From Myxococcales bacterium (lineage in GTDB: Bacteria; Desulfobacterota; Binatia; HRBIN30), in the NCBI GenBank assembly GCA_037445065.1, contig JBBILD010000003.1:64001-128000 (forward strand): a stretch of 64,000 nucleotides of DNA. The letters are read 5' to 3'. Every line of letters starts with the position of its first letter. The first letter of the stretch is position 1. Shown here piece after piece: positions 27,186 through 36,299 of the stretch. A program made the position numbers and the translations under genes. The notes beneath the pieces were generated by a model that did not search any database, had not been told where the DNA came from, and saw only the letters and a program-made list of their open reading frames with translations.

Positions 27186-28598
27186 ATGGCGCGCAAACAG
27201 CTTTCATGGTTAACGGGGGCGACTCTGGTGCTGCTCGTCGGTTCCCGTACGGTCTTTGCCTTTTCGACGGGGATCACCGGTCTGACCACGAGTTCCACGG
27301 GTTGTAACCAGTGCCATTCGGGCGGACAGGTTCCAGCCGTGACCTTGAGCGGGCCGACCAATGTCGCGCCCGGATCCACGAACGAGTACACGTTAGAGAT
27401 CACGCCCGTGGGCACGCAGATTTGGGGCGGTCTCGACGCCGGTGCGAGCGGTGGCACCCTATCTGTCGGTGGCTCGAATTCTGCTTCGACGCAGCTCCTG
27501 AGCGGCGAGATCACGCATACGCAGCGCAAAGGGGGAGACGGAAACCCGATTCGTTTCTCCTTTCTGTGGACGGCACCAGCGGTGGGAGGAGTGTTCACGC
27601 TGCGCGCGTGGGGCAACGCGGTCAATGGGAACGGAGCGAATTCCGGCGACCGCGCCGCGTTCGCAAGTTTGAGTGTGAACGCCGGTCCGACCGCCACGCC
27701 GACCGTTACTGCAACCGCGACCGCTTCGCCCACACCGACTCCACCGGCGCACGACGCGCTTGTGCAGCCCTTGGCCCCGCGTACGATCAAGATTCCCAAA
27801 ACGGCTCCGGTGGGAGTGACCAAGAAGTTTGCGCTCAAGGTGCGGAACGCCGATCCGAGTGGCGTCCCAGCGCAAACGATTGCCTTGTCATTACTGTCCA
27901 CGACTTGCCCGTCAGGGGTGACCTTCACGGCTCCCGATTTCGACGGCAAGACCGCCGGCGAGCAAAGTCAGATTCTGCTCAACCCCGGACAAGGGAAGGC
28001 CGCAGTGGTCTCGGTGAGTGTATCGCACGCCGACATCAGCTCGCTTTTGCCCACGCTGCCCTTCCGCTGCTCCGCCACGTACCGGGCTGACGTGGTGCTG
28101 AGTGGGAACACGGACCCATCCCCGAACAACAACGAATTTCCATTGGAACTCAACTTCATTGACCTCGCCGATGCAGCCCAGCCAGCACCCGACGAGGCAT
28201 GGCTCAAGCGCGCTCCGCACGCTCGCGCCAACATCCCGTCTGGCGTGCTCACGCAAACCGTCCGTCGCACGATTCAAGTCGCCAACGCCGACACCGTGCC
28301 TCATACTCTCGGTCTAGCCGTGGACGCATCTGCGTGCCCTTGGGTGTCGGTGCTCAGCATTGACTTCGATCCCAAGACTCCGAGCATCGAGCCCAACCTG
28401 CTGGTGGCCCCCGGAAAAACCGGGAAGGCGCTGGTGCAGTTGGTCGCAGATGGGTCCATGATCTCCACTTCGAACAGCAGGGCGCCGCAGCGCTGTGTGC
28501 TCACTGCGACCGTACAAGGCCCGGCCAGTCCGGATCCGGAGCCCAGTAACGACAGTAGCAAGTTCGTACTGGATGTGATTGACAAGAACGACTTGTAG
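27186..28598 (+). CDS. Secreted protein: CxxCH Reeler-like domain plus two tandem ~140-aa beta-sandwich domains
   Basis: N-terminal domain nearly identical to that of the 24895 gene; two C-terminal repeats, each with a C-P, an RC and a DPxPxN motif. Confidence 0.88.
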   Translation: MARKQLSWLTGATLVLLVGSRTVFAFSTGITGLTTSSTGCNQCHSGGQVPAVTLSGPTNVAPGSTNEYTLEITPVGTQIWGGLDAGASGGTLSVGGSNSASTQLLSGEITHTQRKGGDGNPIRFSFLWTAPAVGGVFTLRAWGNAVNGNGANSGDRAAFASLSVNAGPTATPTVTATATASPTPTPPAHDALVQPLAPRTIKIPKTAPVGVTKKFALKVRNADPSGVPAQTIALSLLSTTCPSGVTFTAPDFDGKTAGEQSQILLNPGQGKAAVVSVSVSHADISSLLPTLPFRCSATYRADVVLSGNTDPSPNNNEFPLELNFIDLADAAQPAPDEAWLKRAPHARANIPSGVLTQTVRRTIQVANADTVPHTLGLAVDASACPWVSVLSIDFDPKTPSIEPNLLVAPGKTGKALVQLVADGSMISTSNSRAPQRCVLTATVQGPASPDPEPSNDSSKFVLDVIDKNDL

Positions 28599-28613
28599 AG
28601 TGCATTATGTGCC

Positions 28614-31502
28614 ATGACGTATTTTCTCGTCATGGCACTTGCACTCGTAGCGCTGGCAGAGCGGGTTCGTGCCGTTTGCTCGGCTTCGGAAATGGTTGGG
28701 ACCGAACCAAGCTGTACGGCGCCTGTTTGCCGAATCCGGGGCACCTACACAATCGAAGACCAGTGCTTGCTGGACTTCTCGTTCGCGGATGTAGTGTTGG
28801 AAGCCGGTGCGCGCTGGAATGTGGGGGCGCGGTCGGCCACTGTGCTCGCTCGCAGCTTCACGGTGCGTGCGGGTGCATTCGTGGATGCACGGGGCCTCGC
28901 GACGCAGGGCCCGGGGACGCGCGGCGGCACGCTGGAACTACGGGTTGGGGGGCCCGTGTTGCTCGAGGCGGGCAGCACACGGGGGCGGATCGACGCCTCT
29001 GCCACCCAGCATGCTGGGCAGATCCGCATTAGCGCGGCGGGGCCGCTCCGGATCGCGGGCCGCCTACTGGCCGCAAACCTCACCAACGGCGCCTCGGGCG
29101 GGCGGATCGAACTGGTAAGTTCGGACGCGGTGATCGTCGACAGCTCGGCCGAAATGGACTTTTCGGGCGGCCTCTCCGCCCCCGGGGGTGGAGGATCGCT
29201 CTCCATCCGGGCGGGAGCCGATGTCACCTTGGGTGCACCGCTGGCGGGCAACGGCTCGAACGGCGGGACTGTGCAGATCGAAGCCGGAGGGAAGGTTGCA
29301 GTGGGCACGGTCCTGCTGAGTGGGACGGGCGATGCGGGCAGTGGTGGAACGTTGGCGATCCGTGCCTTTCGCGACGTCGCACTGCTCGGCCCGGTGCGCC
29401 TGCAGGGAAGCACGCGCCTGCTGACAGACGGTGGGGATGGCGGAGCGCTGTCTGTCGAAAGCCGCTACGGCTCGGTGCAGGTCGGCGCCACTCTCTCGGC
29501 CGAGGGAGCCGAACCCAACGGCTTTGGCGGATCCATTCAGATCCTCGCTGCTGGTTCACTTACGTTTGCCAAAGGCACGACGGTTTCGATGCGTGCCAAC
29601 GGCTCCCTCGGTGCGGGCGGAACACTGCAGGCCTGGGCAGGTCAGCAGATCGTGCAACTGAGTGCTGTTGACGCCAGCGGGGGGGCTGAAGGCGGACAAG
29701 TGGGGTTGGAGGCACTGGGAGATCTCGTGCTTGCCGGCACGATGGACGTGCGCGGACGGGGCGAAGGAGCTGTGGGCGGCGAAGCAGGACTGCTGGCAGG
29801 GGGCTCGACCGAGGGAGCTTGGGCGCAGGGGGACCTGCGCATCTCGGGCACAGTTGATGTGTCTGGCGGGACGTGCGGGACTTCCGGTTGTGGTGCTGGA
29901 GGTTCGTTTTCGGCAACAGGATGTTCCGTATCGTTGGAAGGAACGGGCCGCGTGCTAGCGCGCGGTGGTGGGGAAGGGGGAGTTCTGACCATGACCGCGC
30001 GCTCCTCGCTCGGCGTGCAAGGGACTCTACTCGCCACCCCTAGCACGAGCGGGGGTCGGCCGGGTGTCATCCACTTCCAGGTACTGAACGGAATCGCCCC
30101 GGTGGTGAGTGGAAATGCGCTGCCGCTCCCGGTGATCACCGCGAGCCCCCCATGCACGCCTGAAACGATCGCCGGCTGTGTCATGCCGTGCCCACGCTGC
30201 GGCGACGGCCGCACGGACTACCCCGAAGAGTGCGACGATGGGAACCAGGCGTCGTGCGACGGCTGCTCCGCGCACTGCCAGCAAGAGGATTGCGCGCCTG
30301 CGGCATGGTGTGTTCCCTGCGAGGCATCCCTGGGCTGCCCTCCAGAGCCCGAGCCGCGGTGTGCGCCGCCGCCCAGCGCCACGCCGACGCCGACCGCGCG
30401 GCCGAGCGCGACGTCCACGCCGACTGCGCGGTCTAGCGCGACGGCCACCCGCGCAGTGCCAGCCGCGACGTTGACCGCAACGGAGACACCGAGAGTCGTG
30501 CCGACTGCAAGCCCGACGCCGACACCGCTCGTCAGCGGATCGGTTGCGACGCTGCCGACCCGGAGTCCCACACGAACGTGGTCGCCCACTGCCGGCCTAC
30601 AGCCTTCTCCGACGCTGCCGCCGACTGCTACAGCGAGCCCTACCTCGACCCCACGGTCACGGCACGACCTAATGTTGTTCCCGCCGCGCCCGGTGGTCTT
30701 GCGCTTGGCCCCCGGCGCTGCGCTGGTGCACAAACCGTTACCAGTGCGGGTGCGCAACATTGCCAGCGACAGCGACGTTGCGGTACCTGTGCGTGTGGTT
30801 GCGACCAGCAACTGTCCCACCGGCTCGGTCCCCGAGGCGGTAGCGTTCGACCCCGGGGGCGAAGGGAACCCGAGTGTCGCTCTCGTTCCCCCTGGGAAGT
30901 CTCGTCAAGGGTTGCTCGAAATCGAAGCCCGTGCCGAGGCGTTTACCTCGACGGGGCCGCTTTCCCCCCAGCGCTGTCGGATCGAGCTGGTGGCTGAGGT
31001 CGCGTTGCCGGGTAACCAAGACCCGACACCGGACAACAACCGGGCGTTTGTGGAAGTGGACGTGGTAGACGCGGGCGACGGGTGGCTCAGCAGGGTCCAC
31101 CAAACGGCCATCGTCGCAGCACACCCGAAGGTGATTCGGCTCCAGCCTGGTCACGATTTCGCGGAGGCTCGCTTACGACTCGGGCTGCGGAACGGGGACC
31201 GCAACGATCGGGACGGACACGCGGTGCGCCTGCTGGGCAGCGACGGGACTTGCCCGGCGGGCACGATCGGCCCGCCGTTGCTCCGACCGCGGCCGGATTT
31301 GCTGCCTGGAGCGGTGTGGGTGCGCAGTGCGGGCACGCGCGGCCTCTCGGTGCCGGTTCGTTATCGGAGAGCTGACATCCCGCTGGCCGCACCTGGTCGG
31401 CGTTACCGCTGCTTTCTGTCGTTCGAAGCAATTGGCCCTGCCGGGGACCGCGATCCGAGCAACAACACCACCGTGCTTACCCTCGACATGGTGGTCCGCT
31501 GA
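28614..31502 (+). CDS. Secreted protein: Gly-rich beta-helix-like domain, Myxococcus-type Cys repeat, Pro/Thr linker, two tandem beta-sandwich domains
   Basis: N-terminal part aligns by eye with the 8668 gene; CGDGRTDYPEECDDGNQASCDGCSAHC; C-terminal HDL..VRN..CP..PQRC..DPTPDNN and a second such repeat, as in the 27186 gene. Confidence 0.87.
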   Translation: MTYFLVMALALVALAERVRAVCSASEMVGTEPSCTAPVCRIRGTYTIEDQCLLDFSFADVVLEAGARWNVGARSATVLARSFTVRAGAFVDARGLATQGPGTRGGTLELRVGGPVLLEAGSTRGRIDASATQHAGQIRISAAGPLRIAGRLLAANLTNGASGGRIELVSSDAVIVDSSAEMDFSGGLSAPGGGGSLSIRAGADVTLGAPLAGNGSNGGTVQIEAGGKVAVGTVLLSGTGDAGSGGTLAIRAFRDVALLGPVRLQGSTRLLTDGGDGGALSVESRYGSVQVGATLSAEGAEPNGFGGSIQILAAGSLTFAKGTTVSMRANGSLGAGGTLQAWAGQQIVQLSAVDASGGAEGGQVGLEALGDLVLAGTMDVRGRGEGAVGGEAGLLAGGSTEGAWAQGDLRISGTVDVSGGTCGTSGCGAGGSFSATGCSVSLEGTGRVLARGGGEGGVLTMTARSSLGVQGTLLATPSTSGGRPGVIHFQVLNGIAPVVSGNALPLPVITASPPCTPETIAGCVMPCPRCGDGRTDYPEECDDGNQASCDGCSAHCQQEDCAPAAWCVPCEASLGCPPEPEPRCAPPPSATPTPTARPSATSTPTARSSATATRAVPAATLTATETPRVVPTASPTPTPLVSGSVATLPTRSPTRTWSPTAGLQPSPTLPPTATASPTSTPRSRHDLMLFPPRPVVLRLAPGAALVHKPLPVRVRNIASDSDVAVPVRVVATSNCPTGSVPEAVAFDPGGEGNPSVALVPPGKSRQGLLEIEARAEAFTSTGPLSPQRCRIELVAEVALPGNQDPTPDNNRAFVEVDVVDAGDGWLSRVHQTAIVAAHPKVIRLQPGHDFAEARLRLGLRNGDRNDRDGHAVRLLGSDGTCPAGTIGPPLLRPRPDLLPGAVWVRSAGTRGLSVPVRYRRADIPLAAPGRRYRCFLSFEAIGPAGDRDPSNNTTVLTLDMVVR

Positions 31503-31739
31503 AGCCGCGGCCCGCACGCTGGATCTCGAAGGCGGTTTCTATGACCTAAAGGCAGATTCCAGCTTGGTCCGGGAAAAGTCGCACACCTTCGGGAGGCACG
31601 CTGGTTTCGAGTCCGGCGGGCACAGAAAAGCAGCGCAAGGTAATTCCGGGACTGGCTTGCATCGGCTTTACCCGAACTGCCGCGCGGCCTTGCTCGGATA
31701 CCCGCGGTTTCGCGCTCTAGGTAAACGGGATGCGCACGG

Positions 31740-31763
31740 GGTGAGACCAGGCGGGGTCTCACC
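31740..31763. terminator. Hairpin between convergent genes
   Basis: GGTGAGACC-aggcgg-GGTCTCACC just downstream of the MaoC-gene stop; no clear U tract. Confidence 0.5.
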
Positions 31764-31777
31764 TGCGTTGTGCCCAG

Positions 31778-32914
31778 CTACCGTTGAGGGTTGCGCACGG
31801 GGAGCTCGGCTTCGGCGTCCGCGGTGGCGGTGATCTCGTCCCGGTGATTCACGCACTCGAGGGCGAAGCGCACGTAGCCTTTCCCGTTGCGCAGAAACTT
31901 GTCCGTTACCTTGCCTTGAACCCAGGTTACGTCGCCCATGAAGTTGAACTTGTGGTAGCGGGCGTCAATTTTGGTAATGAACGCATTGTCGCCGATCCAG
32001 TTGGTCACACCCTGGATCAACCAGGAGCAACGTTCCGGGCCGAGATCGTACGCTCCCGGCAAGCCGAGCAAGCGCTGGGTAAACGCGTTGTCCCAGTGGA
32101 CCCGCTGCGGCGGTTCGGGTACCCCCTGCTCGTTGGGAATCATCAGCGCCGGGTGCTTTTCGTAAAGCTGAGCGGCAACCTTGTTCCCTACGAGGTAAAT
32201 CCCGAAGTACGACTCGAAGGCGATCTCGGCAGTGGGGGTGAGCGGGCCTTTGATCAACCGATGCACGGGTTCGCCGATCTGCACATCGTCCCAGTACCGC
32301 TCAGCGGTGCGCTGCTCGTTGCGGTACTCCTCGAAGAAGCGGTGGATGTCCTCTTTGCTCCATTGTGCGAGCTGGATGTGGCCGTACTTTTTCTTTTCTG
32401 CAGTTTTTTGGCGCTCGACCCGGATCCACGTGTCGTTGCGCAGGCCAATGTAGTTGCCGTCTTGATCGTAATACTTGGCCTCGTAGGTCTGATACACAGC
32501 TCGACCGCCGCCGAACGTGCTCTCTTTCTCGCGCACTTCCTTGAGGTAAGAATTGGCGCGAATCCGGTCCCCGAGCATGGGCGGTCGTTCCCACTCGTAA
32601 TAAGACCCAGTCCAAATCGAATGTACGCCGGGAAGACCCTCGGGAAGGCCCGAGTGACCCACAGCGCGCAGCGTGTCCATTGTCTGCACGATGATCGGAG
32701 GGGCGAGCAGTGTGCCCCAGCGGGTTTTCCGCGCGTATTCCTCGTCCAGGTACATGGGGCTCAGATCGCCAATCGCCAACGCCAAGTGGTAGATTGCGTC
32801 GCGCGTGATCTCGGTCCGCCAAGGGCGGCGCCCAGTGAAGCCTTGGCCGATGCGAGCCCGCAACCGTGCGAGCCCCTCGTCGGTGATGCGGCCGTAGGTG
32901 CCCGAGTTCGCCAT
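31778..32914 (-). CDS. Double hot-dog (MaoC/FAS1-dehydratase-like) protein
   Basis: AIGDLSPMYLDEEYARKTRWGTLLAPP; RYWDDVQIGE..KGPLT; RVHWD; FNFMGDVTWVQGKV; AGGAGG RBS. Confidence 0.85.
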   Translation of the reverse strand: MANSGTYGRITDEGLARLRARIGQGFTGRRPWRTEITRDAIYHLALAIGDLSPMYLDEEYARKTRWGTLLAPPIIVQTMDTLRAVGHSGLPEGLPGVHSIWTGSYYEWERPPMLGDRIRANSYLKEVREKESTFGGGRAVYQTYEAKYYDQDGNYIGLRNDTWIRVERQKTAEKKKYGHIQLAQWSKEDIHRFFEEYRNEQRTAERYWDDVQIGEPVHRLIKGPLTPTAEIAFESYFGIYLVGNKVAAQLYEKHPALMIPNEQGVPEPPQRVHWDNAFTQRLLGLPGAYDLGPERCSWLIQGVTNWIGDNAFITKIDARYHKFNFMGDVTWVQGKVTDKFLRNGKGYVRFALECVNHRDEITATADAEAELPVRNPQR

Positions 32915-32923
32915 GCCTGCCTC

Positions 32924-33631
32924 CTAGCTGCTTTTTCTCCGGGGACGCTTCCTCTGTAAATGTGGCCACTGTCCGTTCGCAGGCCCGATGAGCAAGCGGT
33001 ACACGGCCTTCTCCAGGATCCGCCGCTGGATTTCGAGCGCTTCTTTGCGGAATGGGTTGGCCTGCGGGTTCAAGGCGCGCAGGGCGTTGACGTTGGTGAA
33101 GTAGGCGAACACCATCCCGAACATCGCGAGCGCGAGCTGCGGTAACTCCTCCTCTGACCAGCCCGCACGCTTTGCAGCTTGCTCGATGACACCGACCCCG
33201 GTGCGATACATGGGCCGCAACCAGCGCGCCAATAAACGCAAACCGCGCGGACTCTCATCGAGCAAAGCCCGTTGCATGAGGCGAGCCAGATGGGGGTGTT
33301 GGGCGAGGTGTTCGAGCAGGCGCTCCAGCGTGGTCCGAATGCGCTCCGGATCCGGAACTTCTGCGGACCACGATTCTTGGATGATGTTCACGATGGGCTG
33401 CAGCCCGCGCTCCAGCACAGCGTCGTACAACGCCTGTTTGCTTGCGAAGTGGTTGTACAAGCTGGGTGCCGTCAACTCCATGGCTTGCGCCAGATCGCGC
33501 AAAGTGAGGCCATCGAACCCGTAGAGTGCGAACAGGCGCTCGGCGGTGTCCAGAATCAGCTCGCGGGTCGGGATCTGCGGTGCCTCAGCCCGTTTCGTCC
33601 TGCTTGCTTTTCCTTGCGCCCGCGCAGCCAC
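32924..33631 (-). CDS. TetR/AcrR family transcriptional regulator
   Basis: TRELILDTAERLFALYGFDGLTLRDLAQAMELTAPSLYNHFASKQALY helix-turn-helix. Confidence 0.93.
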   Translation of the reverse strand: MAARAQGKASRTKRAEAPQIPTRELILDTAERLFALYGFDGLTLRDLAQAMELTAPSLYNHFASKQALYDAVLERGLQPIVNIIQESWSAEVPDPERIRTTLERLLEHLAQHPHLARLMQRALLDESPRGLRLLARWLRPMYRTGVGVIEQAAKRAGWSEEELPQLALAMFGMVFAYFTNVNALRALNPQANPFRKEALEIQRRILEKAVYRLLIGPANGQWPHLQRKRPRRKSS

Positions 33632-33643
33632 AGTGCCCGGGTC

Positions 33644-33671
33644 ACTATCAAAATGAACAACTGTTCGTCAA
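33644..33671 (-). promoter_or_regulatory. tetR promoter with a palindromic operator (33653-33668) over the spacer
   Basis: Minus strand TTGACG-N16-GATAGT; plus strand ATGAACA-AC-TGTTCGT imperfect palindrome. Confidence 0.6.
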
Positions 33672-34444
33672 CGCTGCGGCACCCAGCGTGGCTTCCGCTT
33701 CTCCAGGAAGGCGGCGAAACCCTCGCGCACTTCGTCCGAAGCGAGCGACTCGGCAAACATGGCAAAGTCGAAGGCCGGAAGCTGGCGGGCAAAATCGCGC
33801 TTGAGGAATGTGCGTGCGCGAGGCGCGGTCTCGCATACCTGGGTGACGATTTCTTCCGCGGCAGCGTCGAGATCGCGATCGGGAACCATGCGGCTCACCA
33901 GACCCATGGCGTGGGCTTCGGGAGCGGGCACGATGCGCGCGGTAAACAGCAGGTCCTTGGCGCGTGCGATGCCGATCCGAGAGGCCAAGCGCGCGCCAAG
34001 GAAGCAGTCCGCAACGCCGCGCAACAGTTCTGGCGCACGAAAGGTGGCGCTCTCGGCCGCCACCGATAAGTCGCTGGTGAGAACCAAGTTCAGCCCGCCG
34101 CCCTGGCAAATGCCGTTGATGACCGTCAGGATCACCTTGGGGCAGCGCTCGAACTCGACGAACGGCAAGAGGTCGAAGCGATCGGTTTCACGATCCAAGG
34201 GAGTGTGACCTTCGTGCTGGCCGCCCATCTCGCCGCCACAGCAAAACACCTCGCCGCGGCCACGCACGAGAAGCACGTGTACCGCAGGGAGTTTTTCTGC
34301 CAGAACCGCGGCTTTCTTGAGGCCATGGTACATTTCAATCGTGAGCGCGTTGCGCCGCTCGGGGCGGTCAATGATGACGTGGAGCACCGGACCATCGAGA
34401 CTCGCGTGCAAAAACCGCGATCCGAGGTCGATCCGTTCAGCCAT
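33668..34444 (-). CDS. Enoyl-CoA hydratase/isomerase family protein
   Basis: IDRPERRNALT, VFCCGGEM, INGICQGGGLNL, FRAPELLRG, EGFAAFLEKRKPRW. Confidence 0.9.
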   Translation of the reverse strand: MAERIDLGSRFLHASLDGPVLHVIIDRPERRNALTIEMYHGLKKAAVLAEKLPAVHVLLVRGRGEVFCCGGEMGGQHEGHTPLDRETDRFDLLPFVEFERCPKVILTVINGICQGGGLNLVLTSDLSVAAESATFRAPELLRGVADCFLGARLASRIGIARAKDLLFTARIVPAPEAHAMGLVSRMVPDRDLDAAAEEIVTQVCETAPRARTFLKRDFARQLPAFDFAMFAESLASDEVREGFAAFLEKRKPRWVPQR

Positions 34445-34512
34445 GACGTCTTGTCCTCGCCCCGCGTCTCTACCACGGGCTCGGAGGGAACAGCTAGGGG
34501 GGGCGAACACTC

Positions 34513-34552
34513 TTGCCATGCGCGGCAACTCAAAGTATGAACAACCGTTAGT
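34513..34552 (+). promoter_or_regulatory. Amidohydrolase promoter overlapped by a second operator copy (34537-34552)
   Basis: TTGCCA-N17-TATGAA; ATGAACAACCGTTAGT matches the tetR operator at 14 of 16 positions. Confidence 0.6.
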
Positions 34553-34600
34553 TTGATTTTGAGGGTCGGTCGTACGACCGGGTCGTAAGGAGGAGTTCCG

Positions 34601-35722
34601 ATGGCGCGCGAGTACAGGTTGATTTCGGCGGATTCTCACATCCTCGAACCCCCGCACATCTGGAAGGAGTACATGCCGAAGAAGTTTCACGACAAGGCCC
34701 CGAAGGTGGTCCCGGATGGAGACGGGGGAGAGGCTTGGCAGTTTTCGCCCGACATCCCGCCGGCCCCGATCGGTATTTACGCGTCGGCGGGCCGCAAGCA
34801 CGAGGAGGTACGCTGGACGGGCGTGAGGTTCTCCGACGCGAACCAGGGAAATTTCCACGCCATCCCGCGCATGCAGGAGCAAGACGTGGACGGCATTGAT
34901 GCAGAAGTGCTCTACGGTTCCGCGCGCATGATGAGCCACTTCTTTTCCGATCCAGACCCCGAGTTCCAGATGGCCGGTGTCCAGGCGTACAACAACTGGC
35001 TCGCTGAGGAATTCGTGAAAGTAGCCCCGGACCGTTTCATCGGGTTGGCTTGCATGCCGGCGCTGAGCGTGGAGCACTGCATCAAAGAGATGGAGCGCTG
35101 CCTCAAGCTCGGGATGAAGGGCGTATGGTTGAACACTATGCCGAGCGTCGGCCCGACGATCCGCCCAGAAGACGACCCGTTCTGGGATGCCTGCCAAGCG
35201 CTTGGCGTGCCGGTGCACTTTCACGTGCGCGTCATGCGGCAGGTGCAAAAGCCCAAACCGAAAGGGGTGCGTGGCGACGACCTCACCGGCCTCGCCACCG
35301 TAGGGGCGGCAAACATGATCGTGGATATGCCGGAAATCATCAGCTCTGGCGTGCACGATCGCTTCCCGAACCTGACCTGGGTGGCGGTGGAAACCGGAGC
35401 GGGCTGGGTGCCGTACATTCTCGAGCAAATGGACGACCGCTGGTGGCGAAACCGCTGGTGGCTGCCAGTGAAACTGCAGCATCCGCCGAGCTTTTATTTC
35501 CGCCGCAATTGGCGCATCGCCTTCATGATCGATCACTACGCCGTGCGTAACCGGCATGCGATCGGTGTGGACAACATGCTGTGGTCTACGGATTATCCGC
35601 ACCACGGGTGCGATTGGCCGGAGACTCGCCGCGTTGTGGAAGAAATGTTCCGCGACGTCCCGCAAGAGGAGCGCCACAAGATGTGCGCGCTGAACGCAGC
35701 CAAGCTGTACGGTTTGGTTTGA
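34601..35722 (+). CDS. Amidohydrolase_2 family metal-dependent hydrolase/decarboxylase
   Basis: ISADSHILEP, AYNNWLAEEF, PVHFHV, VETGAGWVP, MLWSTDYPH, NAAKLYGL. Confidence 0.92.
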   Translation: MAREYRLISADSHILEPPHIWKEYMPKKFHDKAPKVVPDGDGGEAWQFSPDIPPAPIGIYASAGRKHEEVRWTGVRFSDANQGNFHAIPRMQEQDVDGIDAEVLYGSARMMSHFFSDPDPEFQMAGVQAYNNWLAEEFVKVAPDRFIGLACMPALSVEHCIKEMERCLKLGMKGVWLNTMPSVGPTIRPEDDPFWDACQALGVPVHFHVRVMRQVQKPKPKGVRGDDLTGLATVGAANMIVDMPEIISSGVHDRFPNLTWVAVETGAGWVPYILEQMDDRWWRNRWWLPVKLQHPPSFYFRRNWRIAFMIDHYAVRNRHAIGVDNMLWSTDYPHHGCDWPETRRVVEEMFRDVPQEERHKMCALNAAKLYGLV

Positions 35723-36299
35723 GCCCCAGCCCGAACCAGCGACCTGGCGCGGCTTGAGCCTGGTCGTTGGCTCGGATGCGTGGCGGGCCCGAGGCCACTC
35801 ACTACCGCTGGAACGTGCGTATCCCCCCGTTTCGGACCCCACGCGGAACGAGGGAATGCGGCGGCTCTGGGCCGACCCAGTCTTCCCATACGGCGTACTG
35901 CTCCGACGGCGGGACGGGAGTGCACAGCGCCAGCAGGTGTGGGACCGAACCTGGTCGCCGCTCGGGCGTGGCTCGCAGGGCAGCCCTTTCAAGCGTGGGC
36001 TGCGCGTGGAATGCGGCCCTGGTGCCTAGGGATGCCCTGGGCGCTCATCCGCAGTGCCTTTAGCGCCAAGCACGGTGGTGGTATCGCGCACGTTCGGTGT
36101 CGGTCGTGGTGGCGGCAAACCAAGAGCGGGGCAAGGCGTTGCCGCTACGACTGTCTGTGCGATCGCGACGCAGCGCTGAGGGCGGCAGGCGCGACCGCAA
36201 CGGTCGCGCTCGGGCAGACGATTCCACGCCCAACGAACGAGAGGTGGGGTGCGGCAGGGCAGGTAAAGGCAACGCTGAGTGCCGGTGAGACCGTGCCGG

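Noticed and set aside
31503..31735. Intergenic stretch as a possible ncRNA
   Set aside because: No tRNA, SRP, tmRNA, RNase P or riboswitch consensus recognised; an Infernal/Rfam scan would be needed
33668..35992. 774-aa minus-strand ORF as one fused protein
   Set aside because: Only 33668-34444 is a hydratase; the rest is antisense to the amidohydrolase
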